Assembly: GCA_951406725.2 (NCBI GenBank)
Contig: OX597814.1
Span: 186,744,001-186,808,000 of the forward strand
Source of the DNA: Octopus vulgaris
Lineage: Eukaryota
Direction of reading: 5' to 3'
DNA length: 64,000 nt
Positions 51,762 to 64,000 of the stretch are shown piece after piece. A model generated the notes under the pieces. That model worked only from the letters and a program-made list of their open reading frames with translations. It made no database searches and was not told the origin of the DNA. Within the stretch, counting starts at the first letter, position 1. Each line of letters starts with the position of its first letter. The position numbers and the translations under genes are program-made.

Positions 51762-53595
51762 TGTATCCATGTATGTATAGACATCTCTGAGTGTATATAT
51801 ATATGCATGTATATCATTAAAATGACAATAACACTTTGCTCGTTAGAGAATGGAAACATTTTGTAAACTGAAAGTAAAATAAATAAATAATAATAGACAG
51901 TACAGCTTTTTAGAGTAATCATATTAAATATTTAAATCAGGATATCTCAGACATGTTTTCACAATAAAAATTATGGTCAATCAATTACAGCGCTAATGTT
52001 TAACACTGCTGTATGTATTCTGCACCAAGAAAACTACTGTTTGTAATGCATATGCAAAAGTAACAAAACAGTTTTCTCTCATCAGGTACTTATTTTCTGG
52101 CCGGTTGTCCAACTGTGATTGTAGTATATGTCTCTTCAGTTTGGCAAGAACAGTTGTATATGACCAAAATGTATAATATGTTTGTATGCAGCATGAATGC
52201 ATGCATGTGTGTGTGTCCATGCTTAAATAAAATATGACTCTTACACAAAAACTACAGCCTATTTATATAGCAGCTGCATAAAAACAAATCTTTCCTCAAC
52301 ACTAAATGAATAAACAGAATTTCTGGACCTATTACAGTTACAAGAAAAAAATGTAGATGTAAGATATTTGTAAAACTCAACAATATTTCTTTACATGAGA
52401 TAATCCAAAAGATGGGAAAGAGAAAAATTCTAGATCTCTGCTTAAGAAAAAATGAAAAGCAAATTAAAATATTCCTTCATTTCAAGTAGTACAACAACCA
52501 GAGGTTGTCAACTGATAAGACATAAAAATATGGCACTATTTACTAAAACTTTTAAAACTGAAAACAGCCAAATACAGGCTGAAATTGCCAGACAGCTCTG
52601 ACTTATACACTTGTGCTCCATTACATGGGTCAAAGAAACAGAAGAGTCACAGTGAGAGACACTGGAGACAGAAACATGGCTAGTAGTAACTTTTGTATTG
52701 TCGTATAGAAAAGTACCAAAACAGGCTTAATGAAAGACGGCCTGTGCTCAGGGAACATCAAAATGAACTTGAAAGTCTTACCCAAAGGCAACAAAGCAAT
52801 ACTAGAATAGTGTCCAGTAAAAAGGACATAAGCTTGATGATACAGAATAGAAAGCTTAGTTATATTTGTTGGAGTAAAACACATCTTAGAGCCCTGAAAA
52901 ACTAGGAAGATTAAGCAAAAACAAGGTAAACAAAAGTAATGAAAATCAACGAATGACCCAACCTGTTTCCATAGTACTACCATCCAAAACTATGGGGATA
53001 CAAAAGAAATATCACATCCCCTAAGAGAACAAACCAGCAGTACTACATCTGCATTATACAATGAGGAAGAAATAATTATAGAAGAAAAATATGAAGGGTG
53101 AAAAGAGGGAGGGAAAAAGACAACATAAAACACCAAAAAAAGGTAAAGAGAAACAATTTCTTTTAAATAACAATGAAATCTCATCTAAAAAAAATAGCAG
53201 AAAAAATGCAGATGACAAAGACAAACTAAGATTTACTGTTCTTTGAAAATGAAACAGTTAATAGACAAAATTACACATCTCTTGTACCAATGACTCTGAA
53301 GAAGTTAGAATGACACAAAATCAGGTTCAGAATATAACCAACAGAATAAAGATGGACTGCTAATAAAATTAAAATTAAGACATGCTGAACTTAAGAAAGA
53401 ATACCTTGAAGATGTTGGTATTTTTCAACATCAAATACCTCATAAAATGCTTAACAGTGCATTTAGTTACACACAAATACAATTTGAAAAATAAAGTGAA
53501 CGAAATCATGGAGTACACAACCCACCTTAACCAGAAAAATCTTTCATGTCATTTTATCCATTCCTATGCAAATATGTGTATGTGAGTATGCATAC

Positions 53596-53740
53596 ATATC
53601 ATCATCATCATTTAATGTACACTTTCCATGCTGGCATGAGTTGGATGGTTTGACAGAAGCTGACCAGCTGAAGAGCTGTTCAGGCTCCATGTTTGTTTTG
53701 GTATGGTTTCTATGGCTGGATGCCTTTCCTAATGCCAATA
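53596..53740 (-). mobile_element. RTE 3'-end fragment
   Basis: (CAT)n + 'tttaatgtacactttccatgctggcatg..ggctggatgcctttcctaatgccaa' matches 44452-44600. Confidence 0.8.
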
Positions 53741-54612
53741 TATGTATATTTATGCATGTGTATACATATATGGATATGTGTGTATGCATGTGTGTGTGTG
53801 TGCATGCACATGTACATGCGTGTGTGTGTGCATGTGTGTGTGCACCTTTTAAATTCTTAATACATCCTTCCATATATTGTATAGCATCTCTTGCCCCTTC
53901 CTTTTGTAATTTGTAAAAGTATTTTCTTTTTTTACATCCCTTGTTATCTTTTCTTTGTAATTTCTAGTGAAAGTTAAAATTTTTTTTATGTTCCTTCAAA
54001 CCCTTGTAATTAAAAGATTGTTATCATTATCATTATTGAGTGAAAGAACAGCACATACCATCAAAGTGACACTGAGGTACAACTAAATGAAACCCCAATA
54101 TACCCATCATGACTACATGTCTGATAAGGGCACATCAGGCACATGCACCACAACCATGTGCGCAACATGGTGATCTCATATCAAGATAAACAGCACATGA
54201 CCTTGCAGGTGGAGCCCAATTAGAATTTTCTTTAGGTCAAGTAGCCCATCCCACACAAAAGGCCCCTGAATAAAGGTTGTTTAAGGATGAGGAACAAAAC
54301 GCCCATGTTTCCAGAGGTGAATTATTTAAACCCCAATGAATTCCTTTCAATAGATGGCTATGATGCTTCCCAACTACGCCTGCTCATGATCAGAGATGCA
54401 CATATTATCAGCCACTAAGGGACATGCTCAACTAGTGAAAGTCAAGTAACTGACAAGAAAATCTCTGGTATTGAGCAAAATATTTGCTGTAGCCTATCTT
54501 TTACACCAAGGCAAAATATGTACATGTTAACACTTCCAATCAGTTAAGATCAGAAGCCATGAGAGCCATCGTCTAGTTCTGCGTATTATTATTATAAAAG
54601 AAATCATGAATA

Positions 54613-55114
54613 TTAGGTTGAGGAAAAAGTATGTGTGCCAAACTTGTGCAAATGGTTGCACCATCAACACTGAACTTTACTGCAAGCAACTTGATCGAGT
54701 CTATGATGCGCTTGTTGAAAACACACTTTGTTTCAACATGACAATGCAAAGCCACATATCACCTTAAACACCAGCAACAAGATTGAAGAATTGGGTGGTG
54801 TGGAAGTTCTGCTGCATCCAGCCTATAGTCCAGATGTTGCTCCATCTGACTACTGTCTCTTCTGATCAATGCAGTACTTTATGGAAGGTCACCAATTTAA
54901 GTTATTTGATGAAGTTGAAGAAGCCTGTTAAGAATTTTTCGATTCAAAGTTGAAGGATTGGTACTTTCACCAAATCCGAAAGCTTGCAGATTGTTGGCAG
55001 AAGGTTGTGGAAAATGATGGTCTGTATTTTGAAGGATAGTTGTTGTTTTTTAATAAATTCTTGCATAATAAATCATTATTTTAACATGGTGCACAAACTT
55101 TTTCCTCATCCTAG
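54613..55114 (+). mobile_element. internally deleted mariner (502 bp)
   Basis: TIR TTAGGTTGAGGAAAAAGTATGTG / GTGCACAAACTTTTTCCTCATCCTAG; TA TSDs; retains only the C-terminal FQHDNAKPH..HPAYSPDVAPSDY..WQKVVENDGLYF. Confidence 0.92.
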
Positions 55115-56519
55115 TATTATTATTATTAAGGTAATAAGATGGCAGTATTGATAGCATGTTGGACAAAATGCTGTCTTCTTTATTATTTTCACAATGCCTG
55201 TCACAATCCTGTTGTCAGGGTTCACTTCAACTGCAAAATAAATACTACAATTTTTAATCTATTTTATGCACTTTTTCTTGATTGCAATGACATCAAGATA
55301 GTTAATATGCTTTACCATAACTATTTCAGATTTTTAGTAATCTTGTGTAATGACTGATTTTAAATCATTTGTATTGTGTTCTGTAGAGAAATTTGAATAA
55401 TGCTCTCTATGTGATTTTTGATATTCAAGTAGGTGTAGTTCCTAGTTATGCTAGTACCCATAATTTATGCATTCATATTGTCAATAACTATTTATGCCAT
55501 ATATTAGAGAGGTAGTATTTATCTCTAATCTTCTTCAACGCTTTTCTTGCTAGGTGCCTAACAGTTAACTATTTGTATTATAAGAATTTTTTTAGTTGTC
55601 TTCTGCATAAACCAAGCTTCTGTCATAGTTACTTTGGTAATAGAATATGTAATTTGTAAGAATATGTAAGATAGACTATTTATATAATTACTTTCTCAGT
55701 TGCAGTATTATTGCAAACATAATGTAAGAGATATATCTTTTGATAAAATTAAACAGTTAAGCAATTTTAATAGTGTCTCATATGCTGTACGTGAAGAAAA
55801 TGAAAGCTGGAAGTCATTTTGTTTTTTTCCTTCCACCAATTCTACTTCAAAAACTTAGTCAAATGGCAGCACTTCAATCCACTGCAAACATATTATTGTC
55901 ATTATAAAATAAAACCAAAGTTTATGTGGAAGATACAGCTACTGCAATAAGTATACCTCATATTTACAGAAATCTCTCTTTGGATTATCTAAAACCTATT
56001 AGTGATGAGCTGACGGCCTGCATAAGAATAAACACTCTTAAAAACCTTTGAAAGATAGTTGGTAACTTTTCACCTGCCATATTAAATATAACTAGTGAAA
56101 ATAATGTAAATCAGTAGCCATATTCTTCATCTCCAGTTCACTTCTATTTCCACATTATTATAGTTTAGATAATTAGGAGCCAACTACCATTTATATACCT
56201 TTTTATTTGTTTCAGTCATTAGACTGCAGTCATGCTGGGGCACCACCTTGAATATATATTTTTTATTTATCTTTTCATTATTCACAATCAAAGGTATACA
56301 CCAATTGTCTACTGTTGGTATACACACAAATATATATATTATCATACTTTGTCTCGGCCTGTTACCATTTTTTAAAACATACCCGTTAGCTTTTCATTCT
56401 TATTTTTATGTTACAGTTTTACTGCACATATAGACATGCATACACGTTGATATGTCTCTCTTACTATTATTATTATTATTACTGTTATTTTTCCCCAGTT
56501 TAAAACTTGCTTGCAAATA

Positions 56520-56845
56520 TCCGATTTTTTCCCTATATTATGACGACCCTAACCCTAACACTTTAAAGCTAAAACCAGTACTAACACATGAACGATATCA
56601 AAAATAACAGTGACAAAAGAAAAATATACTGCCAATAGTTGTTGTTGACAAACAACGGCAATAATTTTATTTAGCTGAATACACGTAATTGATTGGTTGA
56701 AATTACCGAAATACTACAACTTTAACATGAAATATCTTCCTAAATATAAGTTTTTCTGAAAAATGCTAAGAGTAAAAGATGTTTTATGACACATTCTACC
56801 AGTATCCGAAGTTTGAAAGTGTTTAGTTACAAAAAATTATTATCA
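56520..56845 (+). mobile_element. fragment related to the 14266/18156 MITE family
   Basis: 'gattggttgaaatt..aaaagatgttttat..cacattctaccagtat.cgaagttt..ttagttac' matches 14490-14645. Confidence 0.65.
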
Positions 56846-59319
56846 GATTCACATTGATTTTCTAGTAAAAAAAAAAGAAAAGAAAAGCATAATCATGTTG
56901 ACTTTATATATAAAAGATGCACTTTTACAACCAATGCTGTAAATGCTCAAAAGTCACTCTTTTTGAAAAGTAAACAGAAGTAGAATTATTTATTTGAAAG
57001 TTTTCAGATGAGAAATTTATGGAGATGTATGTCTGTCCTATGTCAGGATTTAAACCAGATTAACACAGTGAAATATATATTACAATATGTAACACAAAAT
57101 CTCCAATATTCAAAGTTAGAAATCCAAAGACTGTTAGGAAAAAACAATGCATGATAAAAGAAATTAGAGATGTTTTTATAATCCATGAATAACTAAAATG
57201 AATAAATATAGAATTTGAAATAGGTTATTATTAAAGGATACTGTTTTCATTTCTCAACTGTTATTAGTAGCACATAGTTAACTTATTAAACTAGTATTGT
57301 TGAAAATGAAATATCTATTATTTAGAAATGTAAACAAAAATAGGATTACTTATTCAAAAATTTTTAGAAGAGAAATTAACAAATGAAAATATACATCTAT
57401 CTGACAATGATAATTAAACAAGATCAAAACAACCAAATATATATACAAGATATAATGACATATATGGAATATCCAATGTTCCAAACTAAGAAATTTGAAG
57501 ATTTAAGACAAATAAAAAGATAAAAGTTACAGGGTGGATTGTGTTTTGCTTATTTTGAAGTATTTATATATTTCAGTAAAGGAAGAAATAAATTATTTTT
57601 GCATTCCTAATTATTGCTGGTTTCATTTTTAATTATGCCATTTTCATCAAATATATCACATCTTATATACACACACTGACTTTTTTTTTTTAGTCGGTGC
57701 ATATTCATAGACAAGATGTATTTTTACTGGCATTTTATAATAAAAAAAATAGCAGTGGAAATTAACATGAGTGTGTTAATGCGCATACAGTATTCAACTC
57801 TCAAAAACAGTGTACATGTATGTGCGTGAGCACACACACACACATTTTCACCTTTTATAAAAAGCAAAGCAAACCTTTAGCCACTAGCACAGTTCCAGTA
57901 AGTCAAAATCCAGAGTTCAGCTTACATCTAATGCTCACTCTTATTTAATTTGCCTAGCTTTTCAACTTCTAGAACATGACTAACTCAACCCAACACAATC
58001 TTTACTTTTATGAACTCACTTTCAGCTTAAATATTTATCATTCAACAAAGTAGTTTATTTTACACAATGATCTTAATTTTCTCATCAATGTTTTCATTGC
58101 AAATAGCTCACAGTAACAAATTCTTTCAACTTGGATGTACTTCAGGACTTGATTAATTTCTTCCATTTTCTTTCTTATCAACATGGCCTAATTGCAGCAA
58201 ACTCTAGAAACAAAGACCCTAAATATTTGACAGTAGTTTAAAATTCTCTTTACTTTTACATTCATAATTAATCAACATTCATGCTATTCATGAACACTCT
58301 TAATAAACAGAAACCTCAAAAGCATCTTCCTATTCAATTAACAATACTGTATCAGTCAACAAAACCAAAACATAAACATGATATATTTCAAAAGAACATT
58401 CCCAAAACTACTAACTCTCTAGAAAGTTCACCTGACAGCAGAATACTAGTCTCATATCTTAGACTGAAAACCCATTGTCACATGTTTACTATGCACTGTA
58501 TCTGGAATAAGTCACTTAGTGAATACACTACAGTATCTACCCTGCTGTCAAACAATATCCTCCCAATAACATTCTTAAAGTTGATAATAATTTAGATTCC
58601 ATATCATTCCTCATTATCTTTGTACTTTCCCACTTCTCATATTTTGCTACAAAGAAGACAGTGAACCAGAGTCAATGTCATTACAAATAACAAATTCTTT
58701 CTTGTACTAATGGGGCCATATACTGTGATATAACCCTATGGGCTGATATGTATTTTACTATATTCACTGCTATTTTGCGTCACACCTGATTTTGCAATAG
58801 ACATTACAATACATCTTACCTTGATTGATGTACAAGATGCTATCCCAAAGCCTCTTTCAATTCATTCTTAGAGATCATATAAATGCTTCCTCTGTCTTTG
58901 AAAAAGTATATCAAGTTTCTCCTGACTGATCTCAGATAAATTCCTCAAGTAAGGAAACAGTCCCTCATGACACACTGTCATCACACTTGTCTTTTTGATG
59001 GGGCCTTATTTATATCTATTTATATCATTTGCAAAGCTGAAAGTTGTAACTGCTAAGCAAATCATCAAAATTGTTCCAAATGGGAACAAAAAACCTCATA
59101 AACATCATTATTTTTTGTTTCAAAATGTTTGTGCTGTTTTAACAACATTTACATCTTTTTTTGTCTTATTTTTCATTTTGTGCAGCTGTCAGTGTTTTTA
59201 TTTGAGGGAATATTTGTATATTAACAGTTATCCAATATATAAAAAAAAACAAGAGTAATCTGGAAATGAGAGCATTATGAAACATGTCTTGTCATAGAAA
59301 AAGTGAATAATAATAATAA

Positions 59320-59533
59320 TCCTTTCTATAATAGGCACAATACCTGAAATTTTAGGGGATGGAGCTAGTTGATTATATCAACCCCAGAGGTTGGCTGGTA
59401 TATAATACATCAACCCAAAAGAATGAAAGGCAAAGTTGACCTCTGAGAATTTGAACGTAAATATTTAAAGGCATTTTGTCTTTACCAATTAAGCAGTTTG
59501 GCTGGCATGCTAACAATTCTACGAGCTCACTAC

Positions 59534-59535
<2 letters not shown>
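59320..59535 (-). mobile_element. SINE family B between (TAA)n tracts
   Basis: Matches the array units at 16-17 kb. Confidence 0.8.
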
Positions 59536-59565
<30 letters not shown>

Positions 59566-59571
59566 TAAATC

Positions 59572-59796
59572 ATGTTAACTAGAACGACTCATGTACTGAG
59601 AAGAGCATTATTGCTGTGAAAACAACATCCATTCATGAATTTATTTATTTATCAATTTTTTTAAATACATATTTTACCTGTGAATTTGCATGTGTAATCT
59701 GGGAATGCATACAATGAGCTTCCCTGCCATAGGTGTACGGAAAATACTCGGCGAGAAACGGAAGAAAATTGGAAGAAAGAAGGAAATAATAATAAC

Positions 59797-59830
<34 letters not shown>

Positions 59831-60060
59831 GGGCACTTTGAACACTAACAACCAGGTTTGAGAAATGTGTCAGAGAAACTGGAATTGACATGAGGGTAGA
59901 ACATTTTCAAAAAACTGACAATGAGGATTTTTGAAATTAGCACTTAGGTGTTAAGCACCGGGGAAAGAGATCCTGTGAGACTTTTGACAACAGGTTACTG
60001 TCTGCTCTTACAGAATTAACATGAACAAGTAAAATGAGAGCTCTGAGAAGTAAAATAATA
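59572..60060 (+). mobile_element. two short 3' ends of RLE-type (R4/Dong-like) retrotransposons, each ending in (TAA)n
   Basis: 59572: LTRTTHVLRRALLL* + UTR + (TAA)n. 59830: TTRFEKCVRETGIDMRVEHFQKT + UTR + AATAATAAT. Confidence 0.6.
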
Positions 60061-60061
60061 A

Positions 60062-61978
60062 TTTAAAACTTTCTGAAGCATAATATGTCATTGTGGAACA
60101 CAAATTTCCAATTATATCATTCTAATGGAGTACTAGCTTCAAACAATATTAGCATCAACTGTGTCATTTACCAAAGTGACTCACTTTCACCTCTAATTTT
60201 TGGCATAACTCTAATACCCCTTACAAGTGAACTGAACAGAACAGAGTATGGGTATAAAATTGACAATAAGAAAATAAGTCATCTGTTTTATATGGATGAC
60301 TTTAAAAAATCTATGACAAAGACAATCATGAACATGAAGGCATATTACATACTGTGAAAGCATTCAATGACAACATCAGAATGAAGTTTGGTTTTGATAA
60401 GTATGCCAAGGCCACTTTCCAAAAAAGGAAACTGAAAACCTCAAATTCAGTCATGTTAGATGTTAACACAGTTATAAAAGAAATTGAGCAGGAACAAACC
60501 TATAAACACCTAGAATAAATGAAAGAGAAGATCAGGAAGGAAGATTATGGGAGAGCTCTAGCAGTTCTGAAATCTGAGCTAAGTGCACATAACAAGTTGT
60601 TGACCGTAGATTTCTTAGCAGTTCCAGTTGTTACTTATAGCTTCAATGTATATTATATCAGTGAAATAATGAAAATTGATAGAATAAAAGTGAAATAAAA
60701 TTGAAAGAAAAATTTGTAAGCTGCTGACTGTATTAAGATGCACCACTAAAAGGTATGTTTACCTTCTCAGAGCCCAAGGAAGTTGAGGCTTGATCCAGTT
60801 TGAATTTTACGACAAAAACACCACAATTGAACTGGCCAAATATCTTGAAACAACTAATGATTAGATGCTAAAATTCATTGAAAGTCACAAGAAGTGTAAA
60901 GAAGCTTCACTCTGTCTTAAAGGAAAGCAAAAAAATTTCTACTGATTTCATGAACAATGACCAGGCTGAACAGCCTGAAGGAAGTGTGGAAACTGTTATT
61001 GTAAAGAAAGTAAAATTACTGGCAATGAAAAGAACACATGAACAATTGGCTGGTATGTGAGAGTAGAAACCTCTGCATAGCAAATATGTGGCCTAAAACA
61101 AACAAGCTGATGTTGACCAGAAGCACACCCATCAGTGGCTACAAAGCTCAGGACTAAAGGTAGAGAGCAAAGGCTTCATCTTAGCTACTCATGATTAAAG
61201 CTTATTGTGATGAAAAATGGAGTAGATCCAAAGTGCCAATTCTGCAATGGTGAGATTGAAACAGTGGAGGACCACTTAATCTCTGGATGTGAAGTTTTAG
61301 CACCAGCAAAGTATAAATCAAGACATGACAGAGTTGGCCAATATTTACACTGGTTAATAAATTGGCATTATAAAATCAAAACTGTTGACAAATAGCATAA
61401 GCATCACCTTGGGGCTGTAACTGAAGGAGGAAATGTAATGATCCTTTGAGACTTTCCCATACATACAGACAGAACCATCAAAGCTAACAAACTGGATATT
61501 GTTGTAAAATAATAAGTTTGTTTATTGATTGAAATGAGTATCCTTTGCGATCATAATATTTCAGCAAAAAAATTTGACAAGCTCAAAACATATAAAGTTT
61601 TGCTCACCGAAACTGAAAAAATGTGGCATCTCAAGGCAATTACAATACCAGTGATTGTCGGACCTCTAGGAATGATTAAAAAAAAGCATCAAAATATCAT
61701 TCGAGAATCAGTCCTTAACATCCTTGCAAGGAGTGCAAAAGATTGTTTTAACTGGTACATCACACATGCTGTGAAGACTATTGTCATTGTGAGAATGATT
61801 ACCAGCCATGAAAATGATATTTTTCTACATAACTTTATTTGATTTTGTAAATGGACAATCTGATATTTTTATTTTAATGGCCTATCAATGTATGCAGCGA
61901 GTTTCTTTGCCCTAGATGTCAAGAAGACACCCTGCAAGAAATGGAAACAAAACTGAAAGAAAAAAAAAAAATAATAAT
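60062..61978 (+). mobile_element. R4/Dong-like non-LTR retrotransposon (RT + CCHC + restriction-like endonuclease), 5'-truncated and decayed
   Basis: IYQSDSLSPLIF..ISHLFYMDD; CQFC..ETVEDHLISGC..RHDRV; DFPIHTDRTIKANKLDIVV; LIEMSI..K..Y; IPVIVGPLG; A/TAA tail. Confidence 0.9.
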
Positions 61979-61979
61979 A

Positions 61980-62192
61980 GTTTCAAATTTTGGCACAAGG
62001 CCAGCAATTTTAGGGAAGGGATAAGATGGTTACATCCACCTCAGTATTCAACTGGTATTTATTTTATCAACCCCAAAGGGATGAAAGGCAATATCAACCT
62101 TGAAGGAATTTGAACTCAGTACATGATGATGAATAAAATGCCACTAAGTATTTTTGACCAGCATGCTAACAATTCTGCCAGCTCACCACCTA
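61980..62192 (-). mobile_element. SINE family B in (TAA)n
   Basis: Matches the array units. Confidence 0.8.
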
Positions 62193-62269
62193 CATAATAA
62201 TAATAATAATAAAAAGGTTGGCCAGCAACAAGAAAACTCAACAGCAAATTAGGAAGTGAGAACACCAAC

Positions 62270-64000
62270 AAGTCTTGTGATGGATGAAAGCATCTTCTTT
62301 TCTGAAGATTGTCTTGCATAAGATGAAATTTGGTTTGAAGTTGCAAATTGATTTTACTTCATCAGATCTTCAGATAAAACTAAATTCTCTTTTCCATAGA
62401 CAAAATCCTTTAAAATAGTGCCTTGAATAAAAGTGAGTTTAATCTGGATGAGTGCTCTTCAGATCCTTTCACAATGATCAAAAGAACTTTTGGCCTTCTT
62501 ACTTTAGTACCTAAGGTTACTTTCCAGACATAGAATGTAAAAACAAAGTTGTCACTCTTCGTTCAAATATTTGATGTTTTTTATAAAAGAGATTTTCTTG
62601 TTGAGTCTTCTTCATCTTGAGGAACACTATTTCAACAGAAAAATGTAAATGTATTGAAACTGTCTTCAGCTAATCAAATTGAAGTAGCTTTGATAGAAAA
62701 TTCAGCTGACTAAACTGGTTTAGTGTGATGGTTAATCATATATTATTCACTGGTTGTTTACAATGTAAGGTAAATTGCACATGTAGACAATGATTATACT
62801 AAAATTTGAGTTTTCAAATATTTCATTTACTAGCATCAATATATTTACAAATGCACATTCAAAAAATTAACGGAGCAACATTCAATGGATGTAACAGTTA
62901 GGGATCTTCAGTATATATAACTTGCTGGATAATGTTATGAAGTAGTGCAAGTAATTTAAGTCAATGCATATAATTTAAGTGCTTTACTCAACACTACAAC
63001 TTAAGGTTGGTACCTTTTGTTGAGTACAGCATAGACATGTTACATAAGAAAAATGAAAGAGCGGGAGAGACTGACCATCTTGCTGTAAAAAATAAGAGAT
63101 TCCTCTAGGCAGCTTAGTAGCTCTCTAAAATGATATTGAATTTGTCTGATTTTATAGCTGTAAGTCAGCTTCTAGAATTTTCAGCCAAACTGGTTGGTGG
63201 GAAAATTCACTGAGCTACTTCGAAGTTTATTACATCACCAATAAGTCAGCCAGTATTGATTGGTTGAGTCATATTCATGTATGCATTAATACCTTTTAGG
63301 GCAACACTTTTCCTTTTACTGAGATGCATTAATTTGTGATTCTTGATTAGGAAAAACTGACAGCTATGGTTCAAATCTTTGCCAGGGTTTCACTACACAA
63401 GTGAAGAAATATGAGGTCATTGTTTAATGTATTCACTTCAACTGGAAATTCCTCAATGAGAGGATCATCATCTAAGATAGTAATTTAGGTACCTGTGTCA
63501 ATAATATAAGTTTATTGATTTGTAAATAATGCCAGCAATATCAATAAAATTGTTTCACAATAAATAACTAAATGCATTTAAAACAGCTGGATTTCTCTTG
63601 TCAAACAATTCCAACAATTTTGATTTGATATCATAAATTTAAATCATAATACTTGCTTATCCAACAAGTATAGCCAAACTAACCAAGTGTTACGGTTGAA
63701 CATGTCAGATTTAAAGATGGGATAATGCTTTGCTCTATTACTCTAAAATTCTGCTTAAAGAAAATTTGTCAGCATCAATAGAGTTTTATATCCTTCTGGT
63801 GTTGATTTATGGATTAGATATACTTTGAATGGACAAGTGGGCTGTTTCTGGCATATTGAGTTCATGAATCATCATCATCAAATATTAGAGTAACCCAATA
63901 GCAATATCAACAGGACAGGGTTGGTAACTACCCATTCAATACATCAAATCACTTGAGCAATAATTGCTAAAATAGTTAACTTTTGTTGAGTGTAAGATAC
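62270..64000 (-). mobile_element. ancient hAT (Buster/Charlie-like) transposase relic running off the window end
   Basis: Minus strand remnants INKLILLTQ..ILSLRNFQLK, HCERI*RALIQIK (cf. CExxFSxLxxIK dimerisation motif) and terminal FHPSQ (cf. AHPSH); many frameshifts. Confidence 0.55.

Noticed and set aside
52600-53500. A-rich stretch resembling a decayed LINE coding region (similarly 58200-58990)
   Set aside because: Only vague peptide resemblance; cannot be assigned without a profile search.
473-64000. Most 60-180 aa ORFs in the supplied track (e.g. 1014-1223, 4037-4283, 19467-19870, 21956-22489, 53544-53916, 59645-59891)
   Set aside because: They are read-throughs of microsatellites, SINEs or antisense TE sequence, with no recognisable protein signal.

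Overview
AT-rich, repeat-dense eukaryotic DNA with no confidently identifiable host protein-coding gene. The SINE, LINE and microsatellite repertoire suggests an octopus (coleoid cephalopod) genome; this is an inference. The window holds many copies of two tRNA-headed SINE families, RTE LINEs (one with a 551-aa RT ORF), R4/Dong-like RLE retrotransposon relics beside (TAA)n tracts, and Penelope-like (GIY-YIG) pieces. DNA transposons include three Tc1/mariner-superfamily elements, two decayed hAT transposases, an inverted pair of 8-bp-TSD MITEs and non-autonomous Helitrons. A solo LTR is also present. The main finding is two diverged copies (4238-4376 minus; 22665-22811 plus) of a ~140-150 nt structured motif. 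Each copy contains the complete hammerhead ribozyme core (NUH, GAAA, CUGAUGA) in a non-circularly permuted, pseudoknotted order, with six helices supported by compensatory changes between the copies. Also notable are a hAT/mariner/SINE nest that can be unpicked base by base and an apparent CpG-rich to CpG-depleted transition near 26.5 kb. All coordinates and pairings were read by eye; nothing was computed.
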